64,000 nucleotides of DNA from Bacteroidia bacterium (GTDB taxonomy: Bacteria > Bacteroidota > Bacteroidia > AKYH767-A > OLB10), in assembly GCA_016788165.1 (NCBI GenBank), contig JAEUTH010000021.1, positions 72,496 through 136,495 on the forward strand, given 5' to 3'. Each line of letters opens with the position of its first letter. Position 1 is the first letter of the stretch. A program made the position numbers and the translations under genes. Of this stretch, positions 48,131 to 56,356 are shown piece after piece. Under the pieces are notes generated by a model. That model did not search any database. It saw nothing but the letters and a program-made list of their open reading frames with translations, and was not told the origin of the DNA.

Positions 48131-48898
48131 TTAGGATGTTGTTTCAAATAAATCGGCAATGTTTATGGAATAAAAATGTGGCATGGTATGATTGTTATTT
48201 ATCACCACGCTAGCCCAGTAATCATCAACTGAAAAGGTGTAAAAATCAAATTTATCGGCAAAGGCACCTGCAATAAATGTTTCGGTTTGTATGTATGGGC
48301 TAAGGCCTGTTGTGTCAACTGCTTTTAAATTACCAAAAACGCCAATACCCACTGCCTTAAGCCAGGCTTCTTTACGACTCCAATACTTAAAAAAATGTGA
48401 TAATGGTGCTGCACTTTTTGCAATATCACTTATCTCATTGGCTGCATAATTTCTTTCCATAAAGTCGTCAATTTTAAAAGCCGGACGAATTTGTTCTATA
48501 TCAACACCAATTTCATGATGTGAACTAAATCCAATTAAAATTTTACTGCCCGAATGCGATAGATTAAAAAATAAATTGCCGAAACAAATTTCTATGCATG
48601 GTTTTTTGGTTATGGATTCGGTAAAAGTAATCGTTTCGGGTTTTTGATTGAGATACCTGCCAACTAATAACCGCAATGCGCCCCGTCCGAATACAAAACG
48701 CGTTTTGTCATCTTGTTGTTTAAACCGGCTTAAGCGTTCCAACTCATCTTGATTTAGCAACTTAACTAAGGGATTATACAGTGCTGTATTATTCGTATCA
48801 ATTAACCAAACCTGTAAATCAAATTCATTAAAATTAGGTATGGCTTGTTGCCATTGTGGCTGTAAAATATCATGTACACAAAATGAAAACCGTTGCAT
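48131..48898 (-). CDS. 4'-phosphopantetheinyl transferase, Sfp/EntD type
   Basis: FNLSHSG...IGVDIE (motif 2) and FFKYWSRKEAWLKAVGIG (motif 3, W..KEA..K). Start lies 2 nt after the NRPS stop. Confidence 0.85.
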   Translation of the reverse strand: MQRFSFCVHDILQPQWQQAIPNFNEFDLQVWLIDTNNTALYNPLVKLLNQDELERLSRFKQQDDKTRFVFGRGALRLLVGRYLNQKPETITFTESITKKPCIEICFGNLFFNLSHSGSKILIGFSSHHEIGVDIEQIRPAFKIDDFMERNYAANEISDIAKSAAPLSHFFKYWSRKEAWLKAVGIGVFGNLKAVDTTGLSPYIQTETFIAGAFADKFDFYTFSVDDYWASVVINNNHTMPHFYSINIADLFETTS

Positions 48899-48900
48899 CT

Positions 48901-51900
48901 CTAGTTAAGTTGTTTTTTATTAGCGTAGTATGCATTTATTTGTTTCATGAGTTGGTTTGCAAGTTCAATTACATTGGGTTGATCGAATATAGAGTTGTGA
49001 TTTCCGGGTGTGCTTACAACTTCAAGTTTACCTTTTGCAAAGTAGCCCCATCCCAAATCATTTTCATATTCAATTGGCGAGTAAAATCCGTTTTTGGCCC
49101 TGAATAAAATGCAATGAAAATTTGAACTGTTGATATGATAGTTTTTTAAGGCTTTGTAACAGTTTTCTTCAACGTTGTTAAAGTAATCGGCCGAAACGGT
49201 ACCATATTTTTCAGCTATCAATTCTTTTTCAAGCCATTCGTCTATTTGCTTTTTACGAATATCAACTTGTGGATTTTTATTGTTGATTTTATTTTTCAAA
49301 TACACCAACTTATCATCCATGCTTTGATTTGCTAATAGTTTTAATCGTGAAACAACACGTTGTGATTTTAATTTAAGTTCTACAATTTGCTTTTCAACAC
49401 CTTCTAATGCCTCTGATTTGGTGGCGGCTTCTACATCAAATAAAGCCACAAAACCAATTTCCTTTCCCATTGCCGAAAGTTGGCAGGCAATTTCATAGGC
49501 TAACGTTCCGCCAAATGATCCACCGCCTAAAAAGTATGGTCCATCGGGTTGCATTTTTAAAATTTCTGAGGTATGGTAAGCAGCCATTTCTACTAAATCG
49601 CTAAAGGGTTTGTCTAAACCATTTAGGCCACGTGCTTGCAAACCATAAGAAGGTGTGTTATTATCTAACAATTTGCCTAATGTGTGGTACTTAAATACAT
49701 TGCCGCTTACACCATGTGCAAAATATACCGGTGCATGATTGCCGCCTTCGCGTATGGGTATTATCGATTTCCAAAGTTCGCCCGATGCTTCATTGTCAAT
49801 TACCTGTGCCAATTGTACTAATGTTGGATTTGTAAACAGCACTGCCAATGGCAATCTTATTTTTTTTAAATATTCAATTTCAATCATTAACCGAACAGCA
49901 ATAATGCTATGCCCGCCTAATTCGAAAAAATTATCATTTAAACTTACATCGTTAATATTTAATAATTTTTCCCAAACCTGTGCAAGCATTTTTTCGGTTT
50001 CAGTTGTGGGCGCTACTTGTAATTGGCTACCTTTTCGTACTTCAAATTCAATTTCGGGCAATGCGTTTCTGTCAATCTTACCATTGTTAGTTAATGGCAT
50101 TTTGGGCAATACTTTATATGCAACTGGTAGCATATAATGTGGTAGTGATTTTTCGAGATGTTGTTTTATTTTATTGATGAGTTCCTGATTCTCATCCACT
50201 TTATAGGGTGCGTTTGCCGCTTGTTGTAATGCACTTAGTGCTACGTTTAAAGTAAGATAGCGTGGCATGGTATTGCATAATAGCTGATAATTTGTTTTAG
50301 GTATAAATGCCACATCAATACTGCTTTGGCCTATGCGGTCTGTCCAATAAATTTCAGCTTCAAAGCCGGCTTCTGTTGCCAGCTCAAATAAATCCTGAGG
50401 GTCGATGGCATCGGGTAGGTTAAAAAGCTGCTCAATAATAATTCCGCAGTTTAAGTCATCCGTACTGTGCCTAATTAAATCGAGTGCTGTTTTGTCTTTT
50501 AAAAGTCGTTTGTTTGGTATGTTTTTAAAACCAAATGGTTGTTGTTGTTTGAATAACTCGTCTAATTCGGTTAAATCGGTTTCATTGCCAAAGGGCTGAT
50601 AATTAATTTGAATGGTTTCGGGTTTGGCATCCTTAAACAATACAACATCATAATGGTATTTGGTGGTTTCGTTAAAGATGCGGCCTTTGCGCATTAAGTA
50701 TTTTGCAAAGTTGTATGCAGGATATTTTAAACAAAGTGCTTCAAAAAATTCAATGTCAACGGCTAATTCCAACTCATTTAAAACACGATTTTGAATAAGC
50801 CTTCGTAAACGCGCAACAGGTTGCCTGATATCAATACGGTGCAATTGTTCATGCGTATGATGCATTTCTATGAGCATATTGCTTTGCACATCGCCAATAA
50901 ATACGCATCCACCGGGTGCAAGTGCATCGAGGCATTTTGCCAATACATCTTCTAAATAAGCAGCATTAGGAAAGTATTGAACTACTGAGTTAATAATAAT
51001 ACAATCAAAACTGCCGGGTGTTATGCCTGAAAAATCATCGGCAGTAGCCAAACTAAAAGCTACTTTATTTTGAAGTGTATCATCGTTTGTAATTTTAAGT
51101 TGTAATTCGTCTAAAGCAGCTTGTGCATAATCAGTTGCCAGATAATATTCGCTTATGGGCGCAATTTGAAACAGTACCTGTCCGGCACCGCAACCAATTT
51201 CATAAACACGCTTGGGTTGTAAATGTTTTATGCGTTCTATGGTTTGATCCAACCATTCATTAACTTCAACTTCAATGGCTTCGTTTCCGCTAATTTGTTG
51301 TGCTATGGCTGTATCTAATTTTCTGTCTTTTATGGTTTGATTTTCGATGGCTTTCATACCTGCATCATAAATCAAGTCCCATTTTTCGCGCCAGTTACTC
51401 ACATGATTGTTGCCATTGTTATTTTGTTGTTCATGTACGGTAATGTATGCCAACAATTGGTTTTCGTGGTTTTTGTCTGGCATGGTTACAACAGCTGTAT
51501 TGCTTACTTCAGGTATTTGGCTGATAGCAGTTTCTATTTCGCCTAATTCAATTCTAAAGCCGCGTACCTTTACCTGATAGTCGCTGCGCCCCGTACATTC
51601 TAACAATCCATTTTTATTGTAACGGCCTAAGTCGCCAGTTTTGTAAATGTATGCGCTTTGTGCGTCAGCAAATGGAGTAGATAAAAATCGCTCTTGTGTT
51701 AAATCATCTCGGTTTAAATAGCCTTTAGCCAAACCTGCACCACCTATGTAAATATCCCCTTCGATACCAATAGGCACTTGTTGCAAATTATTATCCAGTA
51801 TATAAAACGTTGTATTAGCTATGGGTTGGCCAATTTTTACACCCTGGTTTTGTAATACCTGTGCTTCAGGTAATTTATAACAACTGCTCCATACGGTTGT

Positions 51901-54189
51901 TTCTGTAGGGCCATATACGTTGTAAACGTCTTTGCTGCGTTGTTGCAACTGAAGAGCTAATTCTAAAGGCAGGCCTTCGCCACCGCACAATATTTTAATG
52001 TCAGATTTTTGCCAGCCTGCATCTACCAACATGCGCCAGGTTGCCGGTGTTGCCTGCATAAAAGTTATGTTACCCGTTGCCAGATATTTTAATAAAACAC
52101 GTGGGTCGGCTGTTTCATCTTTTAATGCAATTTCAACTTTACCGCCTGTAAGTAAGGGCAAAAAGAGTTCGAGTTCGGCAATGTCAAATGAAATGGTTGT
52201 TATAGCAAGTAAAGTATCGTTGGCATTAAAACCGGTAATTTCAATAAAGCTGTGTATCAGATTTACCAAAGCAGCATTATGTACCATTACGCCTTTTGGC
52301 AAACCGGTTGAGCCTGATGTGTATAGGATATAAGCTAAGGCGTTTTCATCGTATTTGATAACCGGTTTACTAGTAACGGCAGGTAATGTATTTTGCCAAT
52401 TATCGGTTACTAAAATATTTGATATACTGAAGCGATGTTTTTTTAAAATCTCTTGCTCTGTAATCATGTTTTGCAAGCCGGCATTGCTAATCATGTATTC
52501 AATTCTATCGGCCGGAAAATCGGGGTCTATAGGCAGGTAAACGCCTCCGGCTTTTAGTATGCCCAACATAGCAAAAACTATATTTGCCGACCTATTTACG
52601 CATAAGCCAACCACTTGACCGCGTTTTAATCCATTACCCACCAGGTAATTGGCAATGCGATTAGCCATTGCTTCGGTTTGTGCGTAAGTATGGCTGTTAT
52701 TACCGCACGTTATGGCGGTATTTTGTGGCGTTAAACTTACTTGTTTTTCGAACCAACTTTGAATGGTTCCTGATAAATAATCCGGGTGGTTGGTATTATT
52801 CCATTGTTTAATAATTTCAACTTCGTTAATGGGTGTAAGTTGTACGTTATTAATTTTTGTTTTCATATCGGCAGCAAGTTGTTCCAATACAAAAACAAAT
52901 TCATGCAAACGGTTATGCATCAAATCATTGTCATACAAATCGGTGTTAAAAGTACATTCAATGGCCAGGTTGTTTTGTTGGCCTGAGATATTGAAAAAAA
53001 TTTCGAAGTTTTCGTAGTTACGCGGATTCGAAAATAACTCCAGTTGCAGTTTTTCGAATGCAACACCATCGGCCAAGCCTAAGTCGGCATTAAATGCAAC
53101 AGGTACTAACGGAATACGTGATGGGTCGCGTGGTACGTTTAGCTTTTTTATAAGTGTACCAAATGTGTAACGTTGATTTTCGAATGCATCGAACAAGGTT
53201 TTTTTACGTGCCACCAGGTAATCGCTAAAAGAAGTATTACCGTCAACACGTGTTTTAAGTGGCAATAAATTTACGCAATGACCTACTAATGAGTAGTTAT
53301 CGGTAACAGATTGGCCGGCAGATGGCAGACCCAAAATAATGTTTGGCTGTTTGGTAAGTTTAAATAAAAAAACTTCATATGCGGCAATAAGTGTATTTAC
53401 CAAACTGCAACCCAATTGTGCACCAGCTTTTTTAATTTGTGTAATAACATCATTGGGTAAAGGGCAGTCAATACGTTTGGCATTATAACTGCGCAAAGCG
53501 GGCCGCGGTTTATCAGTTGGCAACTCAAAAACCTGATTATAATCTTTATAAAGGTTAAGCCAATATTGAGCAGTTGTTTCGTAAGCAGTACTTGCTTCGA
53601 ATGCAATTTCATCGGCTACGTAATCATCAAACTGAATTGCCGGTTGCAATACAGCAGGTTGCCCGGTAACATGTTGGTTGTAAAAGGCACTTAAATCCTG
53701 CATAACTATACCCATACTCCAACCATCGCATACAATGTGATGCGCTGTAATAATTACATAATGTAATTGCGCTGCCAGCTTTATAACCTTAACATCAAAC
53801 AAAGGGCCGTTGGGTAAATCAAATGGGGCCGATACATCTTCGGTAATAATTTCGTTTAAATGTGCTTGTTGTTCGGCTGTGGCAATATTACTGATGTCAA
53901 TTAGTGGTACATCTATAGTAGTATTATCTGCAATTCGCATTTTTACACCTTCTTCGATAAAAGTAGCACGCAATGAGCCATGACGTGCAACTACAGCATT
54001 GGCCGCTTTTACAATAGCATCGTAAACAAAAGGGCCGGTAAGTTTTAAGGTTAGCGATTCGTTATAGGCGCAATTGGCAGCATCGTTTCCAAATTTTACG
54101 GAGCCTAAAATTTCGCGCTGTGGTTCGGAAGTAGGAATAATTTTATCAAGGTCTTTAAACGGGTCAAAGTCAACAGGAGTAAGATTCAT
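48901..54189 (-). CDS. Single-module non-ribosomal peptide synthetase: C - A (with methyltransferase inserted between A8 and A9) - PCP - TE, 1762 aa
   Basis: C: HHIVCDGWS (aa 149-157). A: LAYILYTSGSTGLPKG (A3), NVYGPTE (A5), YKTGDLGR (A7), GRSDYQVKVRGFRIELGEIE (A8), LPHYMLP / NGKIDR (A9/A10, aa 1349-1374). MT: VYEIGCGAGQ (aa 995-1004) ... LAPGGCVFIGDV. PCP: FFELGGHSII (Ser ~1428). TE: GGSFGG (Ser ~1558). Confidence 0.93.
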   Translation of the reverse strand: MNLTPVDFDPFKDLDKIIPTSEPQREILGSVKFGNDAANCAYNESLTLKLTGPFVYDAIVKAANAVVARHGSLRATFIEEGVKMRIADNTTIDVPLIDISNIATAEQQAHLNEIITEDVSAPFDLPNGPLFDVKVIKLAAQLHYVIITAHHIVCDGWSMGIVMQDLSAFYNQHVTGQPAVLQPAIQFDDYVADEIAFEASTAYETTAQYWLNLYKDYNQVFELPTDKPRPALRSYNAKRIDCPLPNDVITQIKKAGAQLGCSLVNTLIAAYEVFLFKLTKQPNIILGLPSAGQSVTDNYSLVGHCVNLLPLKTRVDGNTSFSDYLVARKKTLFDAFENQRYTFGTLIKKLNVPRDPSRIPLVPVAFNADLGLADGVAFEKLQLELFSNPRNYENFEIFFNISGQQNNLAIECTFNTDLYDNDLMHNRLHEFVFVLEQLAADMKTKINNVQLTPINEVEIIKQWNNTNHPDYLSGTIQSWFEKQVSLTPQNTAITCGNNSHTYAQTEAMANRIANYLVGNGLKRGQVVGLCVNRSANIVFAMLGILKAGGVYLPIDPDFPADRIEYMISNAGLQNMITEQEILKKHRFSISNILVTDNWQNTLPAVTSKPVIKYDENALAYILYTSGSTGLPKGVMVHNAALVNLIHSFIEITGFNANDTLLAITTISFDIAELELFLPLLTGGKVEIALKDETADPRVLLKYLATGNITFMQATPATWRMLVDAGWQKSDIKILCGGEGLPLELALQLQQRSKDVYNVYGPTETTVWSSCYKLPEAQVLQNQGVKIGQPIANTTFYILDNNLQQVPIGIEGDIYIGGAGLAKGYLNRDDLTQERFLSTPFADAQSAYIYKTGDLGRYNKNGLLECTGRSDYQVKVRGFRIELGEIETAISQIPEVSNTAVVTMPDKNHENQLLAYITVHEQQNNNGNNHVSNWREKWDLIYDAGMKAIENQTIKDRKLDTAIAQQISGNEAIEVEVNEWLDQTIERIKHLQPKRVYEIGCGAGQVLFQIAPISEYYLATDYAQAALDELQLKITNDDTLQNKVAFSLATADDFSGITPGSFDCIIINSVVQYFPNAAYLEDVLAKCLDALAPGGCVFIGDVQSNMLIEMHHTHEQLHRIDIRQPVARLRRLIQNRVLNELELAVDIEFFEALCLKYPAYNFAKYLMRKGRIFNETTKYHYDVVLFKDAKPETIQINYQPFGNETDLTELDELFKQQQPFGFKNIPNKRLLKDKTALDLIRHSTDDLNCGIIIEQLFNLPDAIDPQDLFELATEAGFEAEIYWTDRIGQSSIDVAFIPKTNYQLLCNTMPRYLTLNVALSALQQAANAPYKVDENQELINKIKQHLEKSLPHYMLPVAYKVLPKMPLTNNGKIDRNALPEIEFEVRKGSQLQVAPTTETEKMLAQVWEKLLNINDVSLNDNFFELGGHSIIAVRLMIEIEYLKKIRLPLAVLFTNPTLVQLAQVIDNEASGELWKSIIPIREGGNHAPVYFAHGVSGNVFKYHTLGKLLDNNTPSYGLQARGLNGLDKPFSDLVEMAAYHTSEILKMQPDGPYFLGGGSFGGTLAYEIACQLSAMGKEIGFVALFDVEAATKSEALEGVEKQIVELKLKSQRVVSRLKLLANQSMDDKLVYLKNKINNKNPQVDIRKKQIDEWLEKELIAEKYGTVSADYFNNVEENCYKALKNYHINSSNFHCILFRAKNGFYSPIEYENDLGWGYFAKGKLEVVSTPGNHNSIFDQPNVIELANQLMKQINAYYANKKQLN

Positions 54190-54514
54190 TATTTAAATAT
54201 CAGATATACAACAACTTAATTTTTAAATGCAACAGGCTTATGCCAAGGTGCAAATATAGGTCTTTAAGGTTATTTATGGCATAGATGAACTTGAACTATT
54301 TTTACGCTAAGACACGCTAATTGAAGCATAGAGAAAGGGTTTTTAAAAATATATTTTGGTTTACATTACTTAATCAGATTACGATATAAAAGTTTATTTG
54401 CGCAGCTAAAATCCTTTTTCTTTTTTTGACGCAACCACGATTTCGAATTTTAAATTGTAAAACCATTACACACTTTATAAAACCGGCAAATGTTTAATTA
54501 TATAAAAAAGTTTT

Positions 54515-56218
54515 ATGAAAAAAGGTTATCTGTTATGGTTAGCAATGGTTTATGCAACGTGCAGCATTGCGCAAGTTAATTTTTACGTATCGCCTACGGG
54601 CAGTAATTCAAATCCGGGTACTATTACCCAACCCTGGAAAACGTTTCAAAAAGCATGTGATGCAGCAACACCAGGTAGTACGGTGTTCTTAAGAGGTGGT
54701 ACCTATGCCAAAGCGGTTTTAAATGTAAATGGCACCTCGGGCAACTACATTACTTTTACAAATTATCCGGGCGAAACAGCCGTAATAGATGGCGGTAATG
54801 CAAAACGTACACTCTTTTATGCGAAGAATAAAAGTTACATAAAAGTAGTTGGCCTTGAGTTTAGAAATGCAGTTGGTAATTATTCGATAGGAATTGAATT
54901 TGAAGGCAAATGCAGTTATATTGAAATTTTAAATAATAGGATACATGATATTCATTTTAATGTAAATCCGGCTGCTGTTGCTAATTCAAATAAAAATACC
55001 AATCCATTGGTAATTTATGGAACCGATTCATTGATTGCCGCAAACCATATTTTAATATCAGGTAATACCATTTACAATTGCCGCACAGGCTATAGCGAAG
55101 CTTGTACAGTAAATGGAAATGTTGATGGATGGGAAATTATTAATAACACCATTCATGATATAACCAATATTGGAATTGATGCAAGTGGTGGTTATAAAGT
55201 ATCGAAAAATGTAGCATTAGATGTGGCCCGAAATGGCGTTATCAGGGGCAATGTGGTTTACAACTGCAAATCGCCTTATGCATCAGCTGCCGGCATTTAT
55301 GCCGATGGTGCAGATGATGTTTTAATTGAACGCAATATTTGTTATAACAATCAGTATGGTTTTGAAATAGGTTGCGAAGAAAAAAACAGTATTGCAAGTG
55401 GTATTATTATGCGCGAAAACATTGCCTATAATAATGATGAAGCCGGTATTGCTTTGGGTGGTTATAATTATCCGAATACAGGTAAGGTGGATGATTGTTA
55501 CATAAACAATAACACTTTTTACAATAATGATTTAACGCAAAAGGGCCAAGGCGAATTGGTACTTACACATTTAGAAAACAGTGTATTTATTAATAACATA
55601 ATGCATGGTGGCAACAAACGCCTTTTATTTAACTCGGCCATTGGCAACTTACTGGGCAATACTTTTGATTATAATAACTGGTTTACCATTGACACAGACA
55701 GTACCAAGCCCATGTTTAAAATTAATGGTTCTAACTATAAAACTTTTGCTGACTATGTAGGTTCGGCATTGGGGTGGGACAGCCATTCGGTTTTTGGCAA
55801 TCCTAATTTTGTTTCAGGTGCTGATTTTCATTTAACCACAGGCTCGTTTGCATATAACCTGGGCGACCCTGCATTTGTTGCCGGTTTAGGCGAAACCGAT
55901 TTTGATTTGGCCCCAAGGAAATATGATAACCGCGTTGATGCAGGCGCATACGAATCGCAGGTACCTTTGCGCTCAACTGTTAGTACGTATGAAAGCAAAA
56001 TACTTACTGTTTATCCCAATCCCTGTACAACAGTTTTAAATATTAGTTGTGATGCCGAAGTACAAAAAATTCGTGTATTAAACTTGAGTGGTAATGAAGT
56101 GATTGTTTTACCGCCCATACAAATTTTAAATATCGAGAATTTTACAAGCGGATTTTACATTTTGGAAGTCATAACTTCAGATCAAACCATTTTAAGGAAA
56201 ACTTTTATAAAAAGGTAA
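54515..56218 (+). CDS. Secreted right-handed parallel beta-helix (pectin-lyase-fold) protein with T9SS C-terminal sorting domain
   Basis: Signal peptide; repeated NN.I.. / G..V.NC beta-helix rungs (IHDIHFN, ISGNTIYNC, IRGNVVYNC, IERNICYNN, MRENIAYNN, INNNTFYNN). C terminus TVYPNPCTTVLNI...GFYILEVITSDQTILRKTFIKR. Confidence 0.8.
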   Translation: MKKGYLLWLAMVYATCSIAQVNFYVSPTGSNSNPGTITQPWKTFQKACDAATPGSTVFLRGGTYAKAVLNVNGTSGNYITFTNYPGETAVIDGGNAKRTLFYAKNKSYIKVVGLEFRNAVGNYSIGIEFEGKCSYIEILNNRIHDIHFNVNPAAVANSNKNTNPLVIYGTDSLIAANHILISGNTIYNCRTGYSEACTVNGNVDGWEIINNTIHDITNIGIDASGGYKVSKNVALDVARNGVIRGNVVYNCKSPYASAAGIYADGADDVLIERNICYNNQYGFEIGCEEKNSIASGIIMRENIAYNNDEAGIALGGYNYPNTGKVDDCYINNNTFYNNDLTQKGQGELVLTHLENSVFINNIMHGGNKRLLFNSAIGNLLGNTFDYNNWFTIDTDSTKPMFKINGSNYKTFADYVGSALGWDSHSVFGNPNFVSGADFHLTTGSFAYNLGDPAFVAGLGETDFDLAPRKYDNRVDAGAYESQVPLRSTVSTYESKILTVYPNPCTTVLNISCDAEVQKIRVLNLSGNEVIVLPPIQILNIENFTSGFYILEVITSDQTILRKTFIKR

Positions 56219-56246
56219 AATCCTAATGCTTGAATTAAGGCTTTAA

Positions 56247-56285
56247 TAAAAACACGCTATGCAATTGCATAGCGTGTTTTATTTT
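56247..56285. terminator. Bidirectional intrinsic terminator between the convergent beta-helix gene and valS: 11-bp stem acacgctatgc/gcatagcgtgt, loop aatt, A-run upstream and T-run downstream
   Basis: Sequence 56247-56285: aaaaacacgctatgcaattgcatagcgtgttttatttt. Confidence 0.85.
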
Positions 56286-56356
56286 GGTAGCAGCCATTTA
56301 ATCACGGCCACATATTATTCATAAAAAAACTTGTATCAACTTCTCGGTAAGTCCGA

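Noticed and set aside
49407-53017. Multiple 60-130-aa plus-strand ORFs inside the NRPS gene (for example 49739..50137, 51998..52333)
   Set aside because: They are antisense to a gene with continuous motif support and have low-complexity composition, so they are frame-shadow ORFs.
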